From an archaeon (GTDB taxonomy: Archaea > Nanobdellota > Nanobdellia > SCGC-AAA011-G17 > GW2011-AR17): a DNA stretch of 64,000 nucleotides. Where the stretch lies: the NCBI GenBank assembly GCA_018692925.1, contig JABHLH010000002.1, forward strand, positions 38,576 to 102,575, read 5' to 3'. The notes beneath the pieces are model-generated. The model had not been told where the DNA came from, did no database searches, and saw only the letters and a program-made list of their open reading frames with translations. Shown here piece after piece: positions 1-9,978 of this stretch (its first letter is position 1; each line of letters begins with the position of its first letter). A program made the translations under genes and the position numbers.

Positions 1-511
1 TTAATTTATAATAAATTAAATCATTTTCTTCACTATCAAAAACTTCAAAAGAATTAATATTTGTATCTTCAATTTCTTTATTATTAACTTTCAATGTAAT
101 ATCTACATAATGAATAACTTGGTCATCTAAGAGAGAAATTCCTCCTTGTTCAACAACCATTACCATTAGTTTTGCTTCATAGTTTCCATTTACTGTATTT
201 TTCGGTATTTTAATAACTACAGGAAAATTATATTCTTCTCCAGGTAATGCTTCAAAACTTTCTTCAACATAAATCCAATCTTCGATATCCCCAGTTACAT
301 ATATTTCTCCTTTAACTAAACCATCATCACTAAATTCCAAATTTAGATTTTCCATAATAATTGTTCCAGCGAGAGCATCATTTATGATTATTTCATTAAT
401 AGAACTTGCTTCTTTTATACTTGAGCCTGTAAAACTGGGGTTAACTGATAGAAATATAATTCCTATGAATGTAATAACTAAAAAAAATATATACCTCTTT
501 TCACCTTTCAT
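1..511 (-). CDS. Secreted protein, partial; the ORF runs off the window start
   Basis: Reverse-strand ORF starting with the ATG at 511..509. N-terminus MKGEKRYIFFLVITFIGIIFLSVNPS is a signal peptide or membrane anchor. No stop before position 1. Not listed in the supplied ORF track. Confidence 0.4.
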   Translation of the reverse strand, partial: MKGEKRYIFFLVITFIGIIFLSVNPSFTGSSIKEASSINEIIINDALAGTIIMENLNLEFSDDGLVKGEIYVTGDIEDWIYVEESFEALPGEEYNFPVVIKIPKNTVNGNYEAKLMVMVVEQGGISLLDDQVIHYVDITLKVNNKEIEDTNINSFEVFDSEENDLIYYKL

Positions 512-551
512 TATTTATTACTTAAGAAAATAATAATATAAAGCTTTCTAT

Positions 552-1739
552 TCATTCGTATCTCAAAGCTTCAACAGGACTTAAACCAGATGCCTTGTAG
601 GCTGGATACAAACCAGAAAGAATTCCTACAAGTAAAGCGAAACCTAAACTTAATCCAACAACATTCCATAATATTGATATTTTCAAATATGAAAAACCTA
701 ACAAAGCTGCAACACCTTGAACACTAAATGCAAAGACGTACCCTAATACAACACCCATTACTCCTCCAGTTACTCCAATTAAAGCTGCTTCCATAACAAA
801 AATTAATAATATCTTTTCTTTAGATGCACCAACTGCTTTCATCAATCCAATTTGTTTTGTTCTTTCTAAAACAGAAGTAAACATAGAATTCATAATTCCA
901 ATCCCCCCTACAACTAAAGAAATTCCTGCAATCCCTCCTAATATAAATTGAACAACTGATAGTATACTCCCTAACTGAGTTAACAAACTTTCTGGTGTAA
1001 TTAAAAGAAAATCATCATCATCTCTTGCATCTTCTAACTTAATTGCAACTCTTTCTGCAACTTCATTTATATCTTCTCCTTCTTCAACTGTTGCATAAAT
1101 AAAATTTATTCCATCATCTTTATCATATATATCTTTTGCATCTTCTAAGGGGATATATAATATTCCATCTGTAGCTTGATCTCCAGAAGTTTCTAGTATT
1201 CCTACAACTTTAAATTTTTCATCTTCTATGATAATGCTATTTTTCACTAAAATTTCTTTATTAAAATATTCTTTAGCAAAAGAATTTCCAATAATTACTA
1301 CTTTTCTTTCTCCTGAACTAAACCAATCTCCTTCTTCTAAATCTAAATTAACATCAATTTTTCCTTCTTCAACTAAATCATTATCAATTCCCTTTAGAAA
1401 GGCCATACCATCAACATTATTATATTCCACACTTGCCGTTTCAAAAATAACTCCCCCTGCATAATCAACTCCTCTTACATCCTCAACCACTTCGAGATCA
1501 TCTGTTGTTAAACCTTCAACTCCCGTTGGAGGTCCAGTTAAACCTGCAGGGGTGACTCTAATCTTATCTGCACCCAAAACATTAAATTGTTCAACAATTG
1601 CACTTTCAAATCCATCTCCTAAACTAATTAAAGAAACAATTGCTGCAATACCTATAATAACTCCAATAATTGTCAACCAACTTCTTAATTGTTTATGTTT
1701 CATATTATTCCAGCTAAACATAATAAATTCATCTATCAT
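552..1739 (-). CDS. ABC transporter permease, FtsX/MacB-like
   Basis: 395 aa with an N-terminal TM helix, a large extracytoplasmic domain and C-terminal FtsX-type TM helices (GGIGIMNSM motif). Paralogue of the adjacent gene. Confidence 0.8.
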   Translation of the reverse strand: MIDEFIMFSWNNMKHKQLRSWLTIIGVIIGIAAIVSLISLGDGFESAIVEQFNVLGADKIRVTPAGLTGPPTGVEGLTTDDLEVVEDVRGVDYAGGVIFETASVEYNNVDGMAFLKGIDNDLVEEGKIDVNLDLEEGDWFSSGERKVVIIGNSFAKEYFNKEILVKNSIIIEDEKFKVVGILETSGDQATDGILYIPLEDAKDIYDKDDGINFIYATVEEGEDINEVAERVAIKLEDARDDDDFLLITPESLLTQLGSILSVVQFILGGIAGISLVVGGIGIMNSMFTSVLERTKQIGLMKAVGASKEKILLIFVMEAALIGVTGGVMGVVLGYVFAFSVQGVAALLGFSYLKISILWNVVGLSLGFALLVGILSGLYPAYKASGLSPVEALRYE

Positions 1740-2929
1740 TCTCTTAATGCCTCCACTGGATATAATTTTGCAGCTTCTCTTGCTGGAAGATAACCTGCTA
1801 TCATTCCTACAATAAATGCAAATAAAATTCCACCAATAACTACAAAGTATTCAATTTGTATATCTAAATATAAGAAACCTGCAGCCATCGCTGCTTCACC
1901 AATAGCAAATGAAATTAATATTCCTACAATGGCTCCAATTACTCCACCTAATAAACCAATTATTCCTGCTTCAACTACAAACATATTTCTAATATCTTCT
2001 GGGGATGCACCTACTGCTTTAAAGATACCAATTTCTTTTTTTCTCTCTAAAACATTAGTATACATAGAATTCATAATTCCTACTCCACCAACTACTAAAG
2101 CAATTGCAGCAATTCCTCCTAGAACTACTTGTAAGATATCTAAAATAACACTTAACTGTTCCAAAACTTGTTCTAATTTTAAAACTGTAAAATCTTCATC
2201 TCCTCTTGCTCTTTCAAGTTGTCTTTCAACATCTAGAGCAATATTATTAATATCTATTCCCTCAATTGTAATCACTTCAATAAAGGTTAATCCATCTTCA
2301 TCATCATAAATTATTCTTGCATCTTCCATTGTAATATATGTACTAGTATCATCTTCTTCATTCCCTATTGGTTCTGCAATTCCAATAACTTCAAATTTTT
2401 TTCCATCAATTTCAACTTTATTATTTACAACAATTTCTTTTTCAAAATAATTATCAGGGTCATTCGCTAATTTATTACCTAAAATAATAGATCCTTTTTC
2501 ATTATTATTAAACCATCTTCCACTTTCTAAACTCACACCTAAACCTTCAAACATAGTTTCTGCATCAACTTCTGTTTCATACCCCATTACTCCAGCAAAA
2601 ACATCTTCATTGTTGAAAGTAATTGTTTTTTTATCATAAAGATATGACGTTACATAATCTACTCCCACAATATCATCAATTACATCAAGATCTGCAGTCG
2701 TTAATTCACCTGTTCCTCTTACTTGTGTAAATCCTCCTGCAGGCATAACATAAATTCTATTTGTACCTAGTTCTTCAAACTGAGAAGTAATAGCATTCTC
2801 TAAACCTTGTGAAGTTGAAACTAAAGCAACAATAGAAGCAATTCCAATTATTATTCCTAGGATAGTTAACCAACTTCTAACTTTCCTATGAGTAATACTT
2901 TGAATTGCGAATGTCAAGTAATCTTTCAT
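1736..2929 (-). CDS. ABC transporter permease, FtsX/MacB-like
   Basis: 397 aa with the same architecture and VGGVGIMNSMYTNVLERKKEIGIFKAVGA motif. Overlaps the neighbour by 4 nt, indicating an operon. Confidence 0.8.
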   Translation of the reverse strand: MKDYLTFAIQSITHRKVRSWLTILGIIIGIASIVALVSTSQGLENAITSQFEELGTNRIYVMPAGGFTQVRGTGELTTADLDVIDDIVGVDYVTSYLYDKKTITFNNEDVFAGVMGYETEVDAETMFEGLGVSLESGRWFNNNEKGSIILGNKLANDPDNYFEKEIVVNNKVEIDGKKFEVIGIAEPIGNEEDDTSTYITMEDARIIYDDEDGLTFIEVITIEGIDINNIALDVERQLERARGDEDFTVLKLEQVLEQLSVILDILQVVLGGIAAIALVVGGVGIMNSMYTNVLERKKEIGIFKAVGASPEDIRNMFVVEAGIIGLLGGVIGAIVGILISFAIGEAAMAAGFLYLDIQIEYFVVIGGILFAFIVGMIAGYLPAREAAKLYPVEALRE

Positions 2930-4326
2930 TATAAACTCTTAAAGAATTTCCCAATCTTATTTGGCCATAACTTAATTCTACTCGGTCTAAAAATTAGTAT
3001 AATTCTGAATGGTAATTTTATCAATTCAATTAAGCCTGATTTTACTGCAACATCAAATTTATTTTCTATTCTCCAAGATTTGAAACCAAAGTAGATGAAC
3101 AATACAATTAACAGATAACAAATATATTTTATTGTACTTTTAGTTCCATTTGAATCTAACTCATATTTAGAAACTTCTGCACTTGTATACACAGGTAAAT
3201 TAACACTAAATTCTTCTTCATATTCTTCATTATAAGAATCCTTGTAAGTAACTTTAAATTTTATTTCTGTATCATCTTCTGCATTAACAAAAATATCATA
3301 GCTTGAAGTTTCAAAATCATCACTATCTAAATTTCCTAAGTATTCTTTGTTTGCACCAATAACAACATAACTATCATCTTCTAATAATTCTATATTCATA
3401 AATTTTAATTCTGTAGGTCCTACATTACTAACAGAAACAACAATTTCTCCTTTTCCACCTTCTTGGAAAGTATCAAAATTTTCTAAATTAAATGACAAAT
3501 CTGCTTCAGCACCAATCATAATTCCAAATGTATCTTGTTTAATAAATTCTGTACCATTAGAATTTTGGTAACTAATATTCATAGGGATTTTATAAACACC
3601 TGCTTCTGCATCTTCTTCAACAATAATCTCAAAATTAAAAGTATAATCTTCTCCTGCTCCTAATAAACTTAAACTTTTTTCTTTACTTGATTTGTAAGGA
3701 ACTATTGGCACATCAATTGAATCAATTGCTAAAACAAGATCAATATTTTTAAATGCACTTGTAGCTCCATTAATTATTGTAATATCTAGATCTGCAATTT
3801 TACCCGGAACTAATGTCTCAGGTTCACTAACAATACTATCTACATTTAGTGTAGCTTCAATTTCTTGTACATTAATATCTAAATAAGGAGTATAAACTCC
3901 ATTAGGATCATCTTCACTTGTATAAGTAAATCTTAATTCATTATCTCCTGCTGGCGCATCATCTGCAACTCTAACAACAAACTTTTTTATTACTTGTTCA
4001 CCTGGACCTAAATCTCCAACATCCCAAACAGCATCTTCTCCTTCTTTTAATTCAAATGGATAAGCTTCTAAAAATTCTAGCTCTATATTATTAACATCAT
4101 CTTGACCGACAATAGAAGTTGAACTTGACTCTTCAGTTTCAACAGCCATCCACAAATCAAAATATTCTCCTGGTGCAACTGGTGCTGGTGTATATTTTAA
4201 TGTAATTAATTGAACATCAATTATATTTTGTTTACTTGTATCAATCGTAACCGAACTGGTACCTGCATTCACAATACTCATTGTTAACAATATGACCAAA
4301 AATATTAATATTATTCCTCTTTTCAT
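2929..4326 (-). CDS. Large secreted protein with C-terminal membrane anchor, cotranscribed with the ABC exporter
   Basis: 465 aa with an N-terminal signal peptide (ILIFLVILLTMSIVNAGTSS), an acidic beta-rich body and a C-terminal TM (YICYLLIVLFIYFGF). Shares start/stop overlaps with its neighbours. Confidence 0.55.
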   Translation of the reverse strand: MKRGIILIFLVILLTMSIVNAGTSSVTIDTSKQNIIDVQLITLKYTPAPVAPGEYFDLWMAVETEESSSTSIVGQDDVNNIELEFLEAYPFELKEGEDAVWDVGDLGPGEQVIKKFVVRVADDAPAGDNELRFTYTSEDDPNGVYTPYLDINVQEIEATLNVDSIVSEPETLVPGKIADLDITIINGATSAFKNIDLVLAIDSIDVPIVPYKSSKEKSLSLLGAGEDYTFNFEIIVEEDAEAGVYKIPMNISYQNSNGTEFIKQDTFGIMIGAEADLSFNLENFDTFQEGGKGEIVVSVSNVGPTELKFMNIELLEDDSYVVIGANKEYLGNLDSDDFETSSYDIFVNAEDDTEIKFKVTYKDSYNEEYEEEFSVNLPVYTSAEVSKYELDSNGTKSTIKYICYLLIVLFIYFGFKSWRIENKFDVAVKSGLIELIKLPFRIILIFRPSRIKLWPNKIGKFFKSL

Positions 4327-5003
4327 TTTACCACCAGTCCATCTTTTAATTCAATAATTCTTTCAGCTTTTTTAGCTATATAATCATCATGTGTTACGAT
4401 TATTAAAGTTTTCCCTTCTTTTTTGTGCAACTCTTGTAATAAAGCTAAAATCTGTTCTCCAGTTTTTGTATCTAAATTACCTGTTGGTTCATCAGCTAAA
4501 ATAACTTCTGGATCATTTGCTAAAGATCTTGCAATAGCAACTCTTTGTCTTTCTCCTCCACTTAACTCTGAAGGTTTATGATCTAATCTATGGTCTAAAC
4601 CAACTTTTCTTAAAAGTATTTCAGCTCTTTTTTTTCTCTCTTCAGGCTCATAACCTTGAAAGATCATTGGAACCATAACATTTTCAACAGTTGTTAAACT
4701 CGGAATCAAATTAAAAGTTTGAAAAATAAAACCAATTTTCTTTCCTCTTATTCTTGCAAGTTCACCTTCATCTAAATTTGCAATATTTTTCCCATCTAAA
4801 TAGATTTTACCTTTTGTTGGGACATCTAAACAACCAACCATATTCAAACATGTACTTTTACCACTTCCACTCTTACCAATAATAGAAACAAACTCTCTTT
4901 CTTTTATATCAATATTAATCCCTCTAATTGCTGGAACTTCAACTTCTCCTAACTTATATATTTTCCAAGCATCCTGAACTCTAATCACACTCTTCTTTGA
5001 CAT
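4323..5003 (-). CDS. ABC transporter ATP-binding protein, MacB/LolD-type
   Basis: Walker A GKSGSGKST, ABC signature LSGGERQRVAIAR and Walker B ILADEPTGNLD. Confidence 0.9.
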   Translation of the reverse strand: MSKKSVIRVQDAWKIYKLGEVEVPAIRGINIDIKEREFVSIIGKSGSGKSTCLNMVGCLDVPTKGKIYLDGKNIANLDEGELARIRGKKIGFIFQTFNLIPSLTTVENVMVPMIFQGYEPEERKKRAEILLRKVGLDHRLDHKPSELSGGERQRVAIARSLANDPEVILADEPTGNLDTKTGEQILALLQELHKKEGKTLIIVTHDDYIAKKAERIIELKDGLVVK

Positions 5004-5035
5004 AATTAATTAGAAATAAACTTAGATAATAAACT

Positions 5036-5644
5036 TTATGGTTTTTTCTTAATTTTCTTTCCATTTATTTTTTCTATTTTTTTAAATTTAGTAATATCAA
5101 AAGAAATACCTCTCATTAATACAGGTTTTTTATTTTTATAATAAGTCTTTCCTTCAACATGATGATATCTTATATTGTTCTTTCCTATTACTAATTTTAT
5201 ATCATGACTAAAACTACCTGTTTTTAATGATTTTTCAATGTCTTTTTTTACTCTATTTTTATCTTCAGGATGAACAATATCCAAATATGTTTCAAAATTT
5301 ATTTTCTTTCCTTTTTTCACCTTAAAAATTTTATACAATTCATCTGACCATTTAACTTTATTCTTTACTATATCCCACTCCCAAGCACCCATATTTGCTA
5401 TTCTAAATGCTTCAGATAAAGTCTCAGCAAGTTTTACAGCTTTTTTCTTTTCTTCTTCTAAATCTTCCAACATATTCAAAAGTGCTTCAGAGCTAATTTC
5501 TTTTTTTGAAGGAGTTTTCTTTTTCTTCTTGTTTATTTCTTTAGCAAGTTTTTCTCCTTTTGTTATTAATTTATTCTCTAAATAAGCTTCATCAATTATC
5601 TTTTGTGTTATTTTTTTTAAGATTTTTTTCATTCTTCTCACCAA
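5036..5644 (-). CDS. PAS-domain protein with a Lys/Glu-rich coiled-coil N-terminus
   Basis: C-terminal region WEWDIVKNKVKWSDELYKIF...DIVHPEDK...RYHHVEGK...MRGISFDIT matches a PAS fold. Confidence 0.55.
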   Translation of the reverse strand: MVRRMKKILKKITQKIIDEAYLENKLITKGEKLAKEINKKKKKTPSKKEISSEALLNMLEDLEEEKKKAVKLAETLSEAFRIANMGAWEWDIVKNKVKWSDELYKIFKVKKGKKINFETYLDIVHPEDKNRVKKDIEKSLKTGSFSHDIKLVIGKNNIRYHHVEGKTYYKNKKPVLMRGISFDITKFKKIEKINGKKIKKKP

Positions 5645-5646
5645 TA

Positions 5647-6849
5647 TTATTTTTTAATTTTTCTTTCAAGCACTTTTATTCTTTTCTTCAATTCAATCAT
5701 TTTTAATTCTCTATTTTCAGATAACTTTGAAAATCTCTCTAATTGTATTGTTCTTTTTTTACTTTTTTCTTTAGCCTTATTCATTTCGGATATAGCTTCT
5801 TCTGTACCAATCCCTAATTCGTGTTTAGAACTACCTGTTCTAAGTATTGCCAATTTCAAACTAGCTAATATTCTATCTAAAGAATCTATTAAATTATTAA
5901 TTTCAAAAATCTTACTTTCTTTTATTTGAATCTCAAAATTACCTTTACTAATCTCATCAACACTTTCTGTCAAATCTTTAATTGGTTTTGAAATATATCT
6001 TGAAACAAAAAAGCCCATAAAAGAAATTAAAAAGATAATAAGTAAAAGATTCTTAATGCTTGAATATATTACTCCTTTTTTAGTTTCTCCTAATGCTTCA
6101 GCTTCATCAATTTTAACAACTAGTCCTACATCTAATACTTCAATATACTTTGTAATTGCAATAACTTCTTCTCCTCTATAATCATTAATATCATATATAG
6201 TCTTTTCAACACCTGAAACTGCTTCCGCCATTGGGAGATGAGATGCTTCAATCATTTCATTAGCTTCAAATCTTCTTTGAGTAAAAAAAACTATATCTCC
6301 ATCACTATCTTGATAAGCTAATAAACTTTCTCCAGTTTCTCCAAGTCCTGTCTGGTCTAAAATAATACTATCAAAAACACCTAGTCTTGCTTCTGTAACA
6401 ACAAATCCTTCCTTAAATGGTGTAGCAAGTAATAGTGTCTCTTCTTCAAATATTTTAGAAGTATATGCTAGAATTATTGTTTCTTCTTCCTTTAAAAAAT
6501 CATTAATATTTATGATTTCATTAATAAATGTCTCATCAGATGAAGTAATGATCATACCTTCTGAATCAACTGTATATAAAATCTCAAAATCTTCTTGTAT
6601 CTTAATTATTTCTTTTAATTCATCATTACTAAGATTTTCGTGTGTTGCTGTTATTTGAATATTTTCAACATTCTGTTTTACAAAATCTTCTACAATATCT
6701 TCCATTAATTGCGATCTTGATTCTAAATGCATATTAATTTTCTGTTCAAGAAGGTTAGATGTGTCAAAATAATTATTTGACAACATTATAAAACCTGCTA
6801 ATATTCCAACTAGGATAAAACTAAAAATAATGATTTTAGATAATTTCAT
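5647..6849 (-). CDS. Membrane sensor protein: cache-like extracytoplasmic domain plus HAMP, no output domain
   Basis: TM1, a roughly 240-aa periplasmic domain, TM2, a HAMP-like segment (ISKPIKDLTESVDEISKGNFEIQI) and a coiled-coil tail. Confidence 0.6.
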   Translation of the reverse strand: MKLSKIIIFSFILVGILAGFIMLSNNYFDTSNLLEQKINMHLESRSQLMEDIVEDFVKQNVENIQITATHENLSNDELKEIIKIQEDFEILYTVDSEGMIITSSDETFINEIININDFLKEEETIILAYTSKIFEEETLLLATPFKEGFVVTEARLGVFDSIILDQTGLGETGESLLAYQDSDGDIVFFTQRRFEANEMIEASHLPMAEAVSGVEKTIYDINDYRGEEVIAITKYIEVLDVGLVVKIDEAEALGETKKGVIYSSIKNLLLIIFLISFMGFFVSRYISKPIKDLTESVDEISKGNFEIQIKESKIFEINNLIDSLDRILASLKLAILRTGSSKHELGIGTEEAISEMNKAKEKSKKRTIQLERFSKLSENRELKMIELKKRIKVLERKIKK

Positions 6850-6869
6850 TAGTTTTCCTCTTTTTTATT

Positions 6870-7271
6870 CTATTTAACATATTTCTCAAATAAAGGGAAT
6901 AATATTGTTTCTTCAGCACTAACTCTTTTTGATACAGCCTTAATTATTTCTTCTGTTTCATTAATAAATTTTTTATAATCAGTTAAAATTATATTCTTAT
7001 CCTGATATTTATCAAAGAATTTTAAAACCACTTTAGATACTTCATTCATTTCTTCTGAAAATTTATCCCCTGCTTCTTTTGCTTTATTATTTTCACAATC
7101 TTTTAAAGCCGGATATAACATTCGATCTTCTAACTTTAAATGTTCTATTAACAATTCTTTTAAACTAGATATTTCTTCAACTATTTTTTCATTAGATTTC
7201 AAAATTTTAATTTTTTCAAAATATCTCATAATTTCTACATGTTCTTCTTTTAATTCTTTAATTAAATCCAT
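6870..7271 (-). CDS. Hemerythrin-like (HHE cation-binding) protein
   Basis: 133 aa with repeated H/E-containing helices (EEHVEIMRYFE..., EHLKLEDRMLYPAL) typical of hemerythrin domains. Confidence 0.55.
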   Translation of the reverse strand: MDLIKELKEEHVEIMRYFEKIKILKSNEKIVEEISSLKELLIEHLKLEDRMLYPALKDCENNKAKEAGDKFSEEMNEVSKVVLKFFDKYQDKNIILTDYKKFINETEEIIKAVSKRVSAEETILFPLFEKYVK

Positions 7272-8058
7272 TTTTTTTCCTCTTAATTTTTTTCTTTGAT
7301 AAAAGCGAATAAGGGTTCATTAAACCTATTTGTATTATAGCCTTATAGATTAAATAAAATGATATAATCTTAAAAAAATGACCTACAAGATTTGATAATC
7401 CGAAAACGCTTACATAAAATGTAAATGCTAACTCTGCAAATATTGTAAAGATTATTGAGCTTATTATTAAATAAAAGATAATCTTATCAAATTTCTCTTT
7501 ATATTCCCATAAAAAAACAATAGATCCAATTAAAATAATAGAAATTATATATTCACTTATAATTTTAAATTGTGTTAATCCACTATCTACAATAAATGCA
7601 TCTGGAAATATTCTTAGATAAAATATGCTTACAAAAATAAAACTTGTAATAATAAAATAAATCAAAGAAGTCAACTTTGGTTTTAATTCCCTTATTATAA
7701 AAATAGGTGCTACTAAAAAAGAGAGAGCTTGTAGATAACGTGCAGCTATCCATAACTGGGTTGGTAAATTAGCATCAAATCCTGAAAATATATTTATCCC
7801 TTGATATGCTAATAAATGAACAAAATCTATACTTGCAATAAAAACTAAACTTATTCCTAAAAATAACAAATAATCATTATCAACAAAAAACCTTGAATTT
7901 CATGCAATCATAAATATTCCTACTGCAATAACAATACTAAATATTTCTGCTACACTATGGAATAATGCATAATTTTCATAAAAACTTGTTAACCAAATAC
8001 CTACTAAAGCTAAAATAAAAATAACTATTTCTAATTTGCTAAATATTTTTTCTTTCAT
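7258..8058 (-). pseudogene. Polytopic membrane sensor-domain protein interrupted by an in-frame TGA
   Basis: The ATG at 8058 opens a frame (MKEKIFSKLEIVIFILALVGIWLTSFYENYALFHSVAEIFSIVIAVGIFMIA) that hits TGA at 7902..7900. The same frame continues (NSRFFVDNDYLLFLGISLVF...) into the 203-aa ORF 7258..7869, which has no ATG start. Confidence 0.4.
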
Positions 8059-8070
8059 TATCAGACCTCT

Positions 8071-9978
8071 TTACTTTAATATTAACCTTAATTTATATTT
8101 AAATTCTTCGGATTTTTCTTTAGTTATTATTGATCTTGCAAATAGTAGATCTATTTGAGGGATCATAATTTTCAAATCCATATTACTTTTTACTTTATTA
8201 AAATAAAATTCTCCTTTTTTCTTTCCAATTATTTCAATATAAATATCTTTTATTTCTTTTTCAATTCCTTTTCTTATAACTCTTTTTTCAATTTTTTTAT
8301 GTGTTTCTCCACTTATTAAATATAAATTATCTACAAATTCTTCCGCTTGTTCTTGGTCTATAACTTTTTCTTTCTTAATTAAATTAATATAATTAATTAA
8401 CTCCTTTAAACCTAACTTATTTTGTGTATCTAATTCATTAAATTCTCTTTTTCCAATCGGACCTAAAAAAGATTTAAAAATATCTCTTATTTCCTCTTTT
8501 TTATCTGTTTTTTTAGAAAAAAGAAGTTTAATAGGTTCTATTTCTTTTACAGCTTTTAATGGGAAAGTAAAATTAAATGTAGTTCCAATATTTTCTTTAC
8601 TATTAAACCAAATTTTCCCTTTTTGAGATTTAACAATTCCTTTTGCAATTGCTAAACCTAATCCGGTTCCTAGGCTTTCTCTATACATAGTTTGTTTAGC
8701 TTGAAAGAAAGGTTCAAAAATTCTAGATTGTTGTTCTTTATTTATACCTCTTCCTTTATCTTGAACAGAAAACAATATTTCATTACTTTGTTTTTTTACT
8801 GATACATTTATACTTGTATTCTTTTTTGAAAACTTCACAGCGTTATTTAGTAGATTCCTTAAAACTTGCATTATTCTATCTGGATCAGATTCAATAATAG
8901 GTAGTTTTTCAATTTTTGTTTCTATTTTTATTTTCTTTTCTGGCATAAATAATGATGTCTCTTTTACTACTCTCTCAATATAGGGAGTAATATCTGTTTT
9001 TACAAATCTAAATTTTAACCTTGCAGCTTCAATTCTACTTATTTCTAAAAAATCTACAATAATATTATCTAACCTTTCTGTATTTCTAGCTACAATATCT
9101 AAAGATTCTTCTTGTTTTTTGTTTAACTTACCATAATATCCACCTATTAACATTTGTAATTGTGCTCTCATTGGAGTCATAGGGCTTCTTAATTCATGGC
9201 TTGTTATTGATATAAATTCTGTCTTGGATCTTTCTAATTGAGTGTGTTCTTTCTCTCTATATTCTAATATTTCTGCCGTTCTATTCAAAGAATTAGATAA
9301 TCTTTTTAATTCATCCTTTGTACTTATTTTTATTCTATATTTATAATTATTTTTTTCTAATTCATTAACCATCTCATTTAATCTTTTTATCGGTTTTGTA
9401 ATATTTTTTGAAAATAAATATCCTATAAACATTGTAAATATTAAGATTATTATTCCTATAATAAAGTAACTTAATTCTATATTTTTAACAGATTCAAGAG
9501 CTTGATCAGAATTGATTTCTCCAACAACAAGCCAATTTAAATTATTTATTAACTCTTTTGTATCTTCGTCTTTAATGTTAAGTGATCTTCCAAAAATTTC
9601 AATAACAGCAAAAGTTTTTTCTCCTTGATAATTTAAATGTTCTAATAATTGATCTTCTTTTGTTTCAAGTGCTAAATTTACACCTTCGGTATCTACTAAT
9701 AGATTTCCTGAAGAATTTTCAATAAATCTTGATTCTGTTAACATAATTCTATCTTCGTTTACAATATATATCTCTCCTGTTTCTCCTAGAATTCTTCTTT
9801 CACTTGTAATTTCATTTATTGCTCTAATATTTGTATCTCTAACTGCTATGGCTGTTATTGAAGATTTTGAAGAAGTTACAAGTGAAGAAGCTTTAACAGC
9901 AATCATAGATGCTGAATCTGAAATGAATGAAATGATTAATGATAATTTTTCAGTTAATGCTGTAAATGATACTATCAT
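8071..9978 (-). CDS. Sensor histidine kinase (cache-like sensor, TM, HAMP, HisKA, HATPase_c, about 150-aa C-terminal extension)
   Basis: H-box ITSHELRSPMTPM, N-box LLNNAVKFS, G-boxes DKGRGI and GTGLGLAIAKGIV, a TM (YFIIGIIILIFTMFIGYLF) and HAMP. N-terminal limit is uncertain (see findings). Confidence 0.85.
   Translation of the reverse strand: MIVSFTALTEKLSLIISFISDSASMIAVKASSLVTSSKSSITAIAVRDTNIRAINEITSERRILGETGEIYIVNEDRIMLTESRFIENSSGNLLVDTEGVNLALETKEDQLLEHLNYQGEKTFAVIEIFGRSLNIKDEDTKELINNLNWLVVGEINSDQALESVKNIELSYFIIGIIILIFTMFIGYLFSKNITKPIKRLNEMVNELEKNNYKYRIKISTKDELKRLSNSLNRTAEILEYREKEHTQLERSKTEFISITSHELRSPMTPMRAQLQMLIGGYYGKLNKKQEESLDIVARNTERLDNIIVDFLEISRIEAARLKFRFVKTDITPYIERVVKETSLFMPEKKIKIETKIEKLPIIESDPDRIMQVLRNLLNNAVKFSKKNTSINVSVKKQSNEILFSVQDKGRGINKEQQSRIFEPFFQAKQTMYRESLGTGLGLAIAKGIVKSQKGKIWFNSKENIGTTFNFTFPLKAVKEIEPIKLLFSKKTDKKEEIRDIFKSFLGPIGKREFNELDTQNKLGLKELINYINLIKKEKVIDQEQAEEFVDNLYLISGETHKKIEKRVIRKGIEKEIKDIYIEIIGKKKGEFYFNKVKSNMDLKIMIPQIDLLFARSIITKEKSEEFKYKLRLILK

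Noticed and set aside
1228-2309. Several 78-126-aa plus-strand ORFs antisense to the FtsX permease genes, with similar ones antisense to nrdJ, the DNA ligase, the exosome genes and dnaK
   Set aside because: Their translations are low-complexity (S/L/I/P-rich), have no starts with ribosome-binding sites, and are embedded in well-supported genes on the other strand. This is typical of AT-rich antisense noise.
7900-7902. Possibility that TGA is recoded genome-wide (for example as Gly or Trp), explaining the in-frame stop
   Set aside because: TGA terminates cmk (63304..63306) exactly where the homologous protein ends, and all other long ORFs close with TAA, TAG or TGA at expected lengths. The standard code fits, so the event is local.
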